A stretch of DNA of 60,000 nt from Chiloscyllium plagiosum (lineage: Eukaryota): NCBI RefSeq assembly GCF_004010195.1, contig NC_057751.1, forward strand, positions 9,555,611-9,615,610, read 5' to 3'. The notes under the pieces were generated by a model. The model worked only from the letters and a program-made list of their open reading frames with translations, searched no databases and was not told the origin of the DNA. This document shows positions 1-12,720 of this stretch, in pieces. The position numbers and the translations under genes are program-made. The stretch's first letter is position 1, and each line of letters begins with the position of its first letter.

Positions 1-890
1 ACTAACTGGCAAAAGGCATAGTGTGCAGTAAGGGATGGCAGCTGGTGACTAGTGGAGCTTGGGACCACAAATATTCATATCATGTATTCCTGGTTGGGAG
101 GGATTTTTTGCTCCGTTTGCACATGACAGAAAGCTCGATGGAGGGGTAAGTAGTGTTGAGGAAGCAAGGAGGCTTCAGAACAACTTGGACAAGCAAGGAA
201 AGTGGACCAGATAGCAGCAGCTGGATTACCTTTTTAGGAAGTATGAGGTCCTGCAGAAGCAATACAGACATAAACCAGCTGGTAAATGGGCAAGAAATTT
301 GAAGCATAAATGACTTCTGAATCCTCAGTCAGGATTCTCTTGAAGTTTAACAGGTTAAACTTCATTTGGCAGTTAGGAAGGCAAATGCAATGTTCACATT
401 TATTCTGGTCATCTTGAAATAAAAGAGGAGAGAGACTGCTGAAGCTATACAAAGCTGTGGACAGAGTGTATTTGGAGCCTCAGAATGACGGGCTGGTCAT
501 GTGAAGAGACATTGAGGACTCTGGGTCTGCACTTGATGGAGTTTAGAAGGATGAGGGAGGATCTGATTGAATGTGACCGGACCTCTCAGTATTTTACTAT
601 GCTTAAATAAGGAGAAGATGCTTCAATGAGAAGGAGAGACTAGAACTAAGGGCACAGCCTCGGAATGAAGGGATGATCTGTCAGAACGGAGATGAGGAAT
701 TTCTTCAGCCAGAGGGTAGTTAATCTCAAAGTCATGGCTACAAAGGGACACCGGATGCCATGTCGTGGATGATGAATAAGACAGATTGACTGACTGGTTC
801 TTCGTTAGTCAGGAGTTTCAGGCTTTAAGAGTGGTTTTGAAAACAAGTATGATTACATGGTACTGCAGAAGCAAGGGGCTGCATTCTTTT
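1..890 (+). mobile_element. Decayed CR1-type LINE, 3' part of ORF2 and 3' end, in an SLC20A1 intron
   Basis: Recognisable CR1 RT C-terminal and 3' sequence (gagtttagaaggatgagggaggatctgattgaa...ttcttcagccagagggtagt); no intact ORF. Confidence 0.75.
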
Positions 891-1081
891 TCTGTATATT
901 GTGATCTTACATCTATTGGCCTTTTCAGTGGTTTCCAGGAGCTGTATGCGGCATTAACGTTGCCACTTCTGATCAGGAAGAAAAAATCTGGCCAGATTGA
1001 CTGCTTATTTTAGGTTTTAGTTGAAGAAAAATTGGTTTGAAGACAAACTTTTTCTTATTTTGCTGATGTGAAATTTTGCAG

Positions 1082-1178
1082 GCTGACCCAGTGCCAAATG
1101 GACTTCGAGCCCTGCCTGTCTTCTATGCCTGTACAATTGTGATCAATCTTTTCTCGATCTTGTACACAGGAGCACCTC
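1082..1178 (+). CDS. SLC20A1: Sodium-dependent phosphate transporter 1 (PiT-1), internal exon ([32 protein letters not shown])
   Basis: cag acceptor, gtaagt donor, 97 nt; peptide matches vertebrate SLC20A1; upstream exons lie outside the window. Confidence 0.95.
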
Positions 1179-1932
1179 GTAAGTATCAACAAATGGAAAT
1201 TCGAGATTCCTTCTTTTAAGAGTATTTGGACATGTGCGTAAATGTGTGTCAGCTTGTATTCAGCCGTAAGGTTGAACAGGAAGGGTTTGGTTACAGAGAA
1301 TCTCCAACATGCTTGGGTGAATTAGAAGCTTTGTCAATTGTGTTTCGAATCAAGTACTATTATTGCTTCATTTGATGTTTAAGTCTGTGGTCATAATTTA
1401 AAAAGTAGTCGGTGAGGAATATTGGACGCGTTTGCTGTTGATATGCTGTTAAATATGGCTATTTTAAGACTGGGTCAATGCAGTAATATCAGGTTGTTAG
1501 CTTTCAAGCCATTGGAATGGAGAACGTAACATTTCCAGTTACTTTTAGTTAACTACAAGAGTATGGGTCAGGAATGGATTTGCATATTAGTAGCTTCCTA
1601 GCTTTGTAATTTCCTTCGACAATTTTGTACAGAGACAGAAAATTGCAATGGTCCTCAGAATTGTTTCTGATTTCCATTGTGGTGTTGGCTTTTGGAAATG
1701 GAGGCTTCCTTCAGATGTTGCTAAGACTATAATTTTGTCTGCTAGTAACGATAGGATTGGGTTGGTTATTTTTAGTCCCAAGGTTTTTTCTGGTGCCCAT
1801 GCAAGTTGACAAGATCTTAAGTTTTTACTGACTAGAGTTGGTAATATTTCCTTGCACCGTTGTTAAGCTTTCAGATTATACTGCGTAGACATGCTTATCT
1901 TGTTTTGTAAAGTGTGTGTTTTCTCTTGCTAG

Positions 1933-2052
1933 TATTGGGATTTGATCGAATTCCATTTTGGGGTACCGTGCTGATTACAGTGGGGAGTGGTCTGATCTGT
2001 GCACTCTTCATTTGGTTCATCGTCTGTCCCAGAATGAAGAGAAAAATCGAAA
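1933..2052 (+). CDS. SLC20A1: PiT-1 exon (LLGFDRIPFWGTVLITVGSGLICALFIWFIVCPRMKRKIE)
   Basis: tag/gtaagt boundaries, 120 nt, frame continuous with neighbours; TM segment plus CPRMKRKIE typical of SLC20A1. Confidence 0.95.
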
Positions 2053-3201
2053 GTAAGTGAAATTTACAGACTTCCACAGTGAGCTTTCAGGTGAGTGTGC
2101 CAAGACATGAAATAAAGGATCATGGACACTAGTTTATTCAGTTTCTGAATATATAAATTAAAATGGGGTATTAGAGCATAGATAACTGATGTTTGTTCAA
2201 TGGAGTTAATATTTTCCATTTTAATAAGAGCAAAATAATTCTTTTATGGTCATTAATATTTTGCTGTGGTCAGCACTATCGCTTATTTGCAGAAAGGATT
2301 GCACTGGACGTGAACAGTCTTTACCTCCCTTCTCCCACCACACTTTTGTGCTCACTCCCTTGCTTGCTCTGAGAAGCTGGGAAACGTATTTAAGAGTTGG
2401 CCTTCAATTTTTTTTTAAGCAACTACGGTCGATACGTTCACCTAAGGTTAATGTGCTGAAGAAGGCCGCTGTAGTTACTATGATGTAATTTGGTTGCTTT
2501 TGACCAAGCACTGAATATTTGATTTTGCCTGTATTTGACACTGAAGGGAAGGAACTGAGGTGCACATGGAATTGGCATTTGTTGAGGCTTCAGTGAAGTA
2601 ACATAGCGACTTGTCTTCATCAATCCCTGAATTGTCACTGAGTTAAAACTAGCAGGATGCAAGTTGCTTGGAAGTGAAGTTGACTGACAAGTCAAACTTT
2701 GAATTTGTTGAATTTGGGAAGATGCATATTTTAACTTGTTGCTTTGTGTACAAATATCACAATACTGACAGAAAATAGAATTGTTGAAAATGTTTAAATC
2801 TTAGTTTGATTGGTCATTGATTGCAAATGGAGTACTGGTATGACTGCAGAGATGCCTTGGTTGAGGGAACTCAAATTGTGGAACTTTGAGTGAAAGTAGT
2901 CTGGTGTCAAGCTTTCAACTGTTAAGATTGGTTTCTGTGCAATCTTGCCTGTTTCCCAAACCATTTTAATGGGTTGCTCATTATGTGCCTGAAGTTATGG
3001 AATAAAGGATGTATTGTTGAGTATGTCACCGAGATGGTATGACATTTTTTTCCATAAGAAATTAATGAGCAATTGGACAAAATAAATTCAATGAGGTCTG
3101 AAGTGGGAACACCAAAATTATTGTTGTGATTGCTGAAGTCTCCATCTTTAATTTTGAAGTCTGAAGATTTTCTGTTGTGTTTTGACATTTCCTGTCAACA
3201 G

Positions 3202-3498
3202 GAGAGATGAAAGTCTGTGCTGGACATAGCACTGTGATGGATAAGAAAAATGATGATTACTATTCAGTGTCCAAAGATGAGGTGGAAGAGCCCCACTTGA
3301 AGGCTCTGCTGACGGATGCAGCATCTGAAATGAAGACTCCCCTAACGGATGGGATTTCAGTTGTTGTACCATCCAAGCAGAACCTTGAGAAGCCAAATAC
3401 AAGAATTGCTTTTATCGGAGACTCTACAGAAGATGTAAGCAAAGAGCATGTATCCACTGGAGAGCTGAAGGAAACAAACATAGATCACGTCATCAATG
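3202..3498 (+). CDS. SLC20A1: PiT-1 exon, divergent large intracellular loop (REMKVCAGHS...IDHVING)
   Basis: cag/gtaagc boundaries, 297 nt, phase 1-1 fits neighbours; overlaps ORF 3207-3632. Confidence 0.88.
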
Positions 3499-3537
3499 GT
3501 AAGCTGTTGAATCAATCTTTCCAAAAAAATGGATATC

Positions 3538-4600
3538 TATTAGGGATCAGACCAGACCCCCTTCAAATATATAAAAGACCTCGTCTGGACCCTTTCGCTT
3601 TTTGTTTTGAAGGTGCTGAGTTCCAGATGTAATTTGATTGGACTGCTGCTTGGTTTTAAGCAAAACACACTTCTTCCCCCAGTAAAACTTCGTACAAAGA
3701 ATTTGTAATAACTTCAATGCAATTGGAAAACTTAACAGAATAATTGTTTAGTAGTATAATAATCTGTTATGGACCAGGCCAGACACCCTCAAAACATTTC
3801 AAGAAAGTAGCCAGGATGCGAACTTTCGCTAGTTTTAAGCAGGTGCACAGTGGATATTCCAGGAGGGATGCAGCTGCTCAAACCATGTAGTTTTAAACAA
3901 CAGAATTTCATTCTATGATTACAGAATGAAACACAAACAAGGGAGAACAGAATACCTTAACCTGTCCAAAAACCCAATATGATGCTGTTGAAAATAATTG
4001 CAACACTCTCCATAACATCCCTTGGCACATGAGATAAAATAAAATGCGGGGCCTTAGGAGAGAAGTCAGTGACAGAAGGTCAGCATAGACCTGCTTCTCT
4101 TGGATCCAGCACTACCATTCTGAAACCAATTCCAGACTTTATAGAGTCTGTCTTTTACAATCTCTTTGGGCGCGGGGGGAGAAAAGCGAAAGGACAACAT
4201 AACCTTGTTAAAGGAGTAGCTTTGTCACAACAAAGGTTCCAAGATAATATCACACAAACACCCCCTTGGCCAAGGCAAATTGAGTAAATTAGTCTCTCAT
4301 GCAATGTTTCCTCAGTCCGGGAGGAAGATACTTCAAAACAAAATTGTCAGAACTGAAACTTTTTGCTACAGCCAACACAGATGAAGCAGTTTCCATAGCC
4401 AACTTTAAAAGCCCACAACTGAAAACTAAATTCAGACCCTGATTTTGTGGGAGTCTGACTCCATCTATTCATGCTGCTTCTATTGTTTTATTTGGGGGGG
4501 GGACCCACGGTGTCACAAGCTGTTTAGTTCATTGGCTTGACAGCTGGCCCAAAACATGTTAGAACTTTTCAAACGTTTGAACCATATACCAACTTTGTTT
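3538..4600. mobile_element. LTR-like repeat containing a second related LTR-like copy (3765-4231)
   Basis: Two similar starts (gatcagaccagacccccttcaaa; tgttatggaccaggccagacaccctcaaaa); inner copy bounded TGTTATG...CACAACA; outer end is uncertain. Confidence 0.45.
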
Positions 4601-5149
4601 GGTTCGGTACAATGCTACTTGCTGTTCTAAAAGTCTGAGTTGGTGATTCTTTACTGTTGATTAACTACTCACATGGGTTTTGAAATGTAACTTGTCATCC
4701 ATGTGACTGTGAATTTATGCACCAAATACCAGTTTTTGTGTGGTGGCAATAATTTTTTTAACCACTGGATTTGTAAAGGTGTTTTTGAGATCATTTCAAC
4801 CCGGCCCACCAAGAAGTTTTCAATTCCTTCTTGGTAAGCACTTACTTTGAGAGTTTTGATGAACCGGTCTTGCGTTGTTGGCACACAGTTTCTGCATTAT
4901 GGAACTGCACTTGGGCACATGGCTTTTTCAAATGGATAAGTTTGTTTGAATGCAGAATATGCACAAAACATAGACTCCATGTTCTGATCAGGCACAAATA
5001 AAATTCTGAGTAATCATTTTAAAATCAATTACAGCATTGTTTACCCACAAACTTGTTTTATAATACTTGCCAATTGTTTCAAAATGTGAGCTGAGATGAT
5101 GCAGTAAATCAAATGTGCATGTTGTATCATAAACCTGTTGAGGATGTTG

Positions 5150-5225
5150 TTAAATATTAGTGGAGCAGGTGGGATTTGAACCCAAGCATCCTCTTCCACA
5201 GGAAGGAACAGTACCACAATGCCCA
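5150..5225 (-). mobile_element. Short tRNA-derived SINE fragment
   Basis: Minus strand gggcattgtggtactgttcc...gggttcaaatcccacctgctc (B-box-like); related copy at ~30740-30858. Confidence 0.5.
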
Positions 5226-5280
5226 AGTTTAGACATATGTGAAGGAAGCATTGCTCATGTTTCAATGATTTGTGTTTTAG

Positions 5281-5845
5281 GGACCATGCAATTTGGGAAC
5301 AATCATGTACAATTTAACCAAGTTCTTGGAAGTCAGACCAGCAGCAATGGCTATAGTGGTCACTACCATACTGTGCACAAGGATTCAGGACTGTACAAAG
5401 AACTTCTCCACAAGTTGCACTTAGCTAAAATGATCGATTGTGCTGGGGACTCGAATGAAGCAAGCAGCAGGCCGCTTCGTCGTAACAACAGCTACACGTG
5501 TTACACAATGGCAATCTGTGGCATGCCCCTTGATTCTTTCAAGCCCAAAGAAGGAGAAGCAAAGGCTGAAGAAATGGAAAAACTGACCGCATCTGGCATG
5601 GAACCGAAAAAACGTATCAGACAAGACAGTTACAGTAGCTATTGCAATGCCATGGCTGATTGCAACACAGGTGCTGGTGATGGAGCTGTGAAGCCTGAAA
5701 TTGATCTAGGAGATCGCAAGTGCAGCGATGGCTCAGTGGAGGAATGGAGTGAGCAGGAAAAGCCTGAAGTTTCATTATTGTTTCAGTTTTTGCAGATCCT
5801 GACTGCCTGCTTTGGCTCCTTTGCCCATGGTGGCAATGACGTCAG
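5281..5845 (+). CDS. SLC20A1: PiT-1 exon (GTMQFG...HTVHKDSGLYKELLHKLHLAK...FGSFAHGGNDV)
   Basis: tag/gtgagt boundaries, 565 nt; SLC20A1-diagnostic PLRRNNSY..YTMAICGMPLDSF and PHO4 signature HGGNDV. Confidence 0.97.
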
Positions 5846-6778
5846 GTGAGTAATGATGGGATTATAACAACTCAACAACAGTGTTTTTTAGGTTTCCATT
5901 CAGTGTCTTGTGCTTTTATGTGGGAAACAACTGTGATTGTACAAAAATCATGCATGTCTTTTCCCCATGAAAAGCCAAACCACTCTAAGGCCTGAGCAAG
6001 GGATGAACCTTGTGGCTGGTTCAGTCAGGTTAACTTGGGTTAATACAGTCTTTTTTTTTTGTAAATGTAGGAGAAAAGGCTGTCAATGTTGCACGAGAGT
6101 AATTAGGTTTGCTTCAGTGGGAGAACCATTGGGATAGATGGTCTGAATTGAAAATGTAAGGTTTGTGTCATGATTAAGTACAAAAGGACAAGGGTTGGGC
6201 AAGGCAGTTTTGGAGCTTTTGAGTCTTCAAGTTCATCAAACCTTATAATAATGGTGCAACAATGAACATTAAATTGGCTTATCAGACCAGCTTGTTGCTT
6301 GGGCTATACTATGGTTGGAAGCAGACTGAAAGACTTGGATAGGCCAGTCACAACACAAGCATACATGGAACGGGATGTTGTAATCGAGAGGTTTACTGTT
6401 GGGCTCGAGGAGTTGAACGATACTGAAGTGGTAACTTGAGAATTGGAGGGCTGAAGGTTAATAGTGGATTGTGTGATCACGTGGACAGGTGCAAACTGTC
6501 AAAATTCTGGCAACCTTTTAGTTTAGAAAAAAGATGTCATTGAATCGAAATACTTCACGTGCTGAGGTTCTGTCTTGTTGGAGAGACTAAAACAAGTGGC
6601 TGCTTTAGAAAAATATTTCTGCAGACAGATACCCAAAAGAACCTTGGTTTCCCTCCAGTTGATCTGTTAGACTTACTGATTTACTGATTGATAAGGCGGT
6701 TTGATTTATGCAAGTGGAGGGGCAGGGAAAGAGGTGCAAAGACGAAAAACAACATCCTGGAGTTCATATGACAAGATC

Positions 6779-7063
6779 AGGTGGTATGGTGGCTCAGGGG
6801 TTAGCACTGCTGCTTCGCAGCACCAGGTCCCAGGTTGAATTTCAGCCTCTGATGACTGCCTGTGTGGATTTTGAACATTATCCCTTTGTCTGTGTGGGTT
6901 TCCTCTGGGTGCTCTGGTTTCCTCCCACGCACCAAAGATGTGAAGGTCAGGTGAATTGGCCATGTTAAATTGCCCATCATGTTAGGTGTATTAGTTGGGG
7001 GGTGGGGTTGGTGTGGACTTGTTGGGCCAAAGAGCCTGTTTCCACACTGTAGGGAATCAAATC
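6779..7063 (+). mobile_element. HE1-type V-SINE (diverged)
   Basis: tRNA-like head (tggctcaggggttagcactgctgc), V-domain (tgtgtgggtttcctctgggtgctctggtttcctcccac), LINE-like tail. Confidence 0.85.
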
Positions 7064-7375
7064 GCATCAAAACATGACCCATGATTCTATTTAATGGTAG
7101 AGGTGGCTTGAAGGGCTTCACTTCTTGGTTCTGTGATAGAGTAAAAACATGGAATGTGAAGACACTTTCATGGGTGCACAGTGTCCTGGGATTTGGAGTA
7201 AAAGAGGATCAATGTCAAATAACATGGAGGCTGTACTTCGTGGAACTAATGTTTAATGGTCTACAATTTCTCCTGCTAGGACTAATGTGATGAGTTGTCA
7301 AATAGAACTCAATGTCTGTGTTATACACTTGTTTTCTTTGCATGTAGCTCATAAGTCTATTCCTTTGTTCTTCAG

Positions 7376-7561
7376 CAATGCAATTGGTCCTTTGGTTGCA
7401 CTGTGGGTTGTTTACTACACAGGCAATGTGAATTCAAAGATGGAAACTCCAATCTGGCTTCTCCTGTATGGAGGTGTGGGTATATGTCTTGGTCTGTGGG
7501 TCTGGGGCCGGAGAGTGATTCAGACAATGGGCAAGGATCTGACACCAATTACTCCCTCAAG
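7376..7561 (+). CDS. SLC20A1: PiT-1 exon ([11 protein letters not shown]...[15 protein letters not shown])
   Basis: cag/gtaaac boundaries, 186 nt, conserved PHO4 peptide. Confidence 0.97.
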
Positions 7562-8206
7562 GTAAACTTTCCTGTCTTGAAATTATATTTGTTTATTTTC
7601 CAATGCAGTACACAGAATGTTAAGTTTATTGACATGACTGCTCAGATTGCATCAATGGTTTTTAAACGTCAGGTCAAGTGAAATTGCTCCGTCTCTTGAT
7701 GTACAAATTTGGTGTGCAATATAGATGCTCAAACATGTACTGCATAATGTAGGTTTGATGTTACTGAACTACTTGAGATGGATGGTGACACAAACTCCAT
7801 ATTTCAGGAATTCAGTATATGTTTTGAATACTGTAGCATCAATTGTAAGTGAGTAATGACATGTCCTTCTAATTGATCAGTATTTTTGAGTAAACGGAGC
7901 GTTAAATGCCCATTAGTTTTTGGAGTATTTAATGCTGTGGTTGAACACAGGTGGAGCCTCTTGTTGAGCAGATTTAAATTCATAGTACTCTTACATTGAC
8001 AGTTAATGCCTTGTTGGCAGCAATCTTGGATGAAAATCTGTTCTCGTATTAGTGCTGTTCTCCCTTTTGAGGGAATTTACCTAACTGCAGATTTTTTTTT
8101 TGTGTTTGGATGAGGTGAGACCACATACTTGGTTAAATTCTTCATCCCAGCATTTGTGATTGAAGTGCTGTGCCATTGTTTGATCAAGAGAAGGAATTTG
8201 AATTTG

Positions 8207-8360
8207 AGAGGAACCTCGATTATCCAGCATTCAATTATCTGAATATCAGATTATCTAGCAAGATCACAAGCTCCTGATGCTTGCTAAATGGTTATACAGC
8301 ATTCAATTATCTGGAATTCGATTAACCAACTGTGTCCTTTGGAGAATCGAGGTTCCTCTG
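8207..8360. mobile_element. Tc1/mariner (Tigger-like) MITE
   Basis: Terminal inverted repeats agaggaacctcgatt / aatcgaggttcctct, TA at right flank, internal subrepeats cagcattcaattatctg. Confidence 0.7.
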
Positions 8361-8423
8361 TATGTATGTTATTCATTGTGTGGATGGGGAGAGCAGGTTA
8401 AAACTACATTTACTTTTCTACAG

Positions 8424-8508
8424 TGGCTTCAGTATTGAATTGGCCTCTGCTTTGACTGTGGTGGTTGCTTCAAATGTTGGTCTTCCGGTCAGTACAACAC
8501 ATTGTAAG
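8424..8508 (+). CDS. SLC20A1: PiT-1 exon ([29 protein letters not shown])
   Basis: cag/gtaagt boundaries, 85 nt, PVSTTH motif. Confidence 0.97.
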
Positions 8509-8858
8509 GTAAGTTTCTTTATTGAGCCCATATGATCCCATACCATAATTTGCAGCATCAATCTGGAGAGAATGGATACAAAATGTAAAACTGAGCTTGC
8601 AGTCAAAATTACGGCTTTGGCACGGAACTAGGCTAAATTTGAACACTAGTCGAGTAGGTCACATTGTTACACCGTGATACATATGGACAATTATTACTGT
8701 GGCTTTTCAAGCACCATTGTGATTCTTTATGATCAGTCCAGCACTTCACAATCAAACTTGGAACTGTTTTTAGCTGTCATGGTCAGATAGAATTGAAGAT
8801 AATGTGTTAACACTTGAATCAGTAAATCTAAGGTCGTTGCAAACTTTTTCTTGTGCAG

Positions 8859-9023
8859 GTTGGCTCTGTTGTAGCTGTTGGCTGGATGCGTGCCAAGAAA
8901 GCTGTTGACTGGCGTCTCTTCAGAAACATCTTCATGGCTTGGTTTGTCACAGTCCCAATCTCTGGGCTTATTAGTGCTGCCATTATGGCTTTATTCAGGT
9001 TTGTGATCTTAAAAAAGTGCTGA
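8859..9023 (+). CDS. SLC20A1: PiT-1 last coding exon ([33 protein letters not shown]...FVILKKC*)
   Basis: cag acceptor, open frame to TGA at 9021-9023, conserved C-terminal peptide. Confidence 0.96.
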   Translation, partial: VGSVVAVGWMRAKKAVDWRLFRNIFMAWFVTVPISGLISAAIMALFRFVILKKC

Positions 9024-9563
9024 AGAACTGCCTAAGCACCATCTATATTCAGGGCAGTGTTGCTGTGGTTATGCCCATGAGCTTCTTTTGAGAATTCATT
9101 CGGGTCATTGAGTTCTGTAAAATGGAAGTCAAAGCCATCACTTCGATCTTCAAGACATCAGTATACATTTGAATAGAGTCCAACATGACTGTGTAGTAGA
9201 AATGACTTTGTTTCTTTTTTTTGTCCTTGACTTTGTGCAAAGTACTTTGAACTTGAGAACCATTGTCAATTTCTTTTTGTATAGTAAATTCATAATTGCA
9301 TGTTTTTAATTAAAAAGGCGTACTGCAATTTAATACTGTGAACTATGAACTGGAGAAGCTTCTTTGACATCTGATACTTGAAATAAGTATGCATAAAGCA
9401 CTGAAGTTGTAACTGACCCACTTGTATGTCCACTTGAAGCAATATCAAGGTACCAAAGAGTGAGGCAATCAAGTGGAAACTTCAAACTTGTAGTTCTTTA
9501 AGTCTTCCATTTTGAACCTGGCATACTGGAGAAACATCCATGTGTAATTTAAGTTAGATGTTA

Positions 9564-9569
9564 AATAAA
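9564..9569 (+). terminator. Candidate polyadenylation signal of SLC20A1
   Basis: AATAAA ~540 nt after the stop, followed by a U/GU-rich tract at ~9595-9615. Confidence 0.5.
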
Positions 9570-10055
9570 GGTTAGCACGCCTTGCATGACTTGGATTTTG
9601 TTTTCTTTTTGTTTGATGCCAAGTTGAGGTCATTGATGTTGAGTAGGTAGTTAAGTGGTATTGGTAACAAGGTGCCCATGGATAACAGGAAATGATGATC
9701 CATGTGGACACTTGGTCAGATTTCTAAATTAACATTAAGTGCAACATGCTGCTTTTAAGGTTACTCCAGCTGTTCAAGTTCAGTCTTGGAGGCAGTTGGA
9801 GAATTGATACTCAGATTAGTGGGATCCAGGTGGTAGTTTGGACACTGCTATACACAGGTTATAAATTGTGTGAAATGTTCAACTGCAGTCACAAACGTTT
9901 TGTTGTGTCGTGACTGCAGCAGAGATCTGAATCTGGCAGGGATGTTCAGAGGAGTTAGGTGTAAAATGAATTTGGGTGAGATAAACAAGAAAGGTAAGCA
10001 GACACTTCGATCGTTTGTCAGTCCCCCAACCAGAGTGGTCAAATGGTTATAAGTA

Positions 10056-10223
10056 TGTTGCTGGAAAAGCGCAGGTCAGGCAGCATCCAAGGAACAGGAG
10101 AATCGACGTTTCGGGAAACCTTCAGGATTCCGGAAGAAGGGCTTATGCTCTGATCTCCAGCATCTGCATCTCCAGCATTTTCAGCTCTGATCTCCAGCAT
10201 CTGCAGTCCTCACTTTTTCTCCC
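10056..10223. mobile_element. Short fold-back Penelope-derived insertion (family A), 16-bp TSD
   Basis: caaatggttataagta at 10040-10055 and 10224-10239; insert is built from both orientations of the 27800-27925 terminus. Confidence 0.85.
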
Positions 10224-10969
10224 CAAATGGTTATAAGTAGCCTTGAATTAGACTTTAAGAAGTTATCTGGTGTAACACAGCCTGTTTCCTTGTAATCGGT
10301 GACAATTAGTGTTTGACCCCTGTTCAGATATCAGTCGAGCGATTTAGTGTGAAACTGACCTTGAGTTAAGAAAAGAACATTTGGGATGCAAATCTTAAAA
10401 TTCATGTAATGTTAGCAGAGAAGCAGTGGCAGAAAAAGGAGGTAAATTACAATCTGTTAAATCAATAGATTACATATTTGAGCATTTGCAACGAGAATTC
10501 GATCTCACTAAAGGCAAATGCACAAAGGCACGAATGACTTTGTGCATGTCCACCTGAACATTAAGGTAGAAGGACTGGTTTAACAAGCCTTAAGGAATTC
10601 TTGCCGCCTTCAGCTGAGACGCAAGTATCCTTGCAGAGACAAAATAAAACATCAGTAAAAACAAAGTGAGAATGAGGGAGGTGACTGAAAGGGAGATGTA
10701 CCAGGGTATTGCCTGAGCCAGTGCGTCAGCTTTGCAGAAAGATTGGACAGAACAGAGGAGGTTTGAGAAGCAATATGAGCTAAGTACAAAGGAAAACAAT
10801 TGCCCAACAGATGAATCAATGAGGTGGGGATCGACCTTAAATGTAAGGATGAGGTGGTTAATCAGAAGCCTGATAATGCAGATAGTGGCCATCCTGCCCA
10901 ACAGATCTGTTCTGACTCTTCAAAGGGCATCCCAGCCACAGCTGCACTCACCACCCCACACTGTCCCTG

Positions 10970-11125
10970 GAAGCTGACTGTTACCATTATGGCCAATCCA
11001 CCTGCCCTGCACATCTTTGGACTGAGGAAACCCACACAGACAGGTAAAACTTAGAAACTCAAGACAGAGCCACACACATGGCACCAATTGAGACAGCAAT
11101 GTTAACCACTATACCAACATGCCAT
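10970..11125 (-). mobile_element. HE1-type SINE fragment
   Basis: tatggccaatccacctgccctgcacatctttggactg...gttaaccact matches the other SINE copies. Confidence 0.65.
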
Positions 11126-11959
11126 TTACTGGTCAAGGGATGTAAGGATTTTCTTTTTGTACTCAAAGTAGTGGGAATCAGGAACTCTGTCTGAGTGGGA
11201 AAAGCAAAAATCCTCAACATTTAAGTATTGAGATGTATACTTGCAATGCTCAGGCACCAAAGGCTATGAGCCAAGTAATGGAAGATGTGATCATATTAGG
11301 TAGGTTCTTGGTTTTGACCAGTTCAGATGCAGAGCCTCTTTCTGTGCTGCAGTTTCTCTGACTGCAACTCAGATGCTTTGAGAAGGATTTATCATGTGGC
11401 TGAATAAGGGTGTTGATGGCCTTCTGTTTAGGAGATACATGTTACAATTTAATGATTGTCTCAATCTGTTGGCCTATGTGTGAAGCTCCTATACTCCTAG
11501 GAAAACAGCATAGTTTTGCCAAGAAGGAAACAAATCATTTGTAACATTAGTGGCAGGACACTAAAATGAATACCGTCAGTGAGCTTTAATCACCTTGTGA
11601 AAGGCAAATACCAATGCAACAAGTTAGTGGATTATGTCAAGTGCAGGAGAAGAAAAATGTGATGTGTTTTGAAATGCTAAAAGAAAAATTAAATTTTGAG
11701 GCACTGCAGATATGTGGGATTAGAATACACATGACCATGATGTGTAAAGTGAGCAGGCAAGAATATATTCAGGTCAAAGCAGTGCTGATCTTTTAGTGCA
11801 AGGGAACTGCAGTCCACAAATACAGAAATCCAGTCTCAACTTCCTGGTAAGGGTGAGACATTATGTACTGAGAACAGTTTTGATCTTTATTAAAGGGAGA
11901 GTTCTATGTGCATTGTAAGTCGATCAGGAAAGATTTACTCAGTTAATCCCCTGGGTGCA

Positions 11960-12539
11960 TCTTGGTCCACTCCTAAACTCCCACCACTACCTCCCACCCT
12001 GCAGCACCTTCCCAGGGGATCAAACAAGGTGAAAGATCTTGTCTCCTTTTCTCAAACCCTATCCATCATTGAACTGTTTTGACACCTTCCAGGTGAAGCA
12101 CCCATTTACCTGCACTTGACTCAATCTAATCTACTGTATTCACTGCACCCAATGTGGTGTTCTGCTGGGGAGATAAAATGTAAACTGAGGGACTTTTGCT
12201 GAACATTGCAGAAATAACCCCCACCTTTGAGCTGTCTCATTTCATGCGACCATGTTCCTTGCCCTAAATGTGTGCAGAGCCTACAGCAGTGCTCCAACAA
12301 AGCTTAGCGCACGTTGAAAGAACAGCATCTCATTTTCTGCTGTGGAACGCTGCAGCCTCCAGGACTCCATACCAAGTTCAATAATTTGGAGCTGGAGCAC
12401 CATCTTGTCTCCTTTTCCCAAATCCTATTCATCATTGAACTGTTTTCACCACAGCCAACCCATTTTACCTGCTCATGCTCATCAGTAGCTTTTATTACTT
12501 CCCAGTTCATCATTCCTTAGCCTGCCCAACTGCTATTTT

Positions 12540-12582
<43 letters not shown>

Positions 12583-12720
12583 TTAATTCCACCCCCTTTT
12601 CCTTAATCTTCAGCACAAACCCTGTCCAAAACAATTGATTCTACTTTTTAATGACAGACTGCAGAATTTCGCCAGCTATTCGTGTTGTTTCACATTTTCA
12701 GCAGCTGCAGCGTTTGTTTT
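11960..12720 (+). mobile_element. Decayed Penelope-like element, GIY-YIG and 3' region
   Basis: Remnant FTCT..NLIYCIHCTQCG and EQHLIF..GTLQPPGL (ORF 12314-12520), similar to 27440-27650. Confidence 0.75.
12545..12579. repeat. (CT)n microsatellite
   Basis: Direct reading. Confidence 0.95.

Noticed and set aside
5160..5280. N-terminal extension of the 229-aa ORF 5160-5849
   Set aside because: Intronic read-through across a SINE fragment; the real exon starts after the ttttag acceptor at 5281
10270..10950. Possible LTR/gag remnant
   Set aside because: Only a vague compositional resemblance; no motif or terminus I can support
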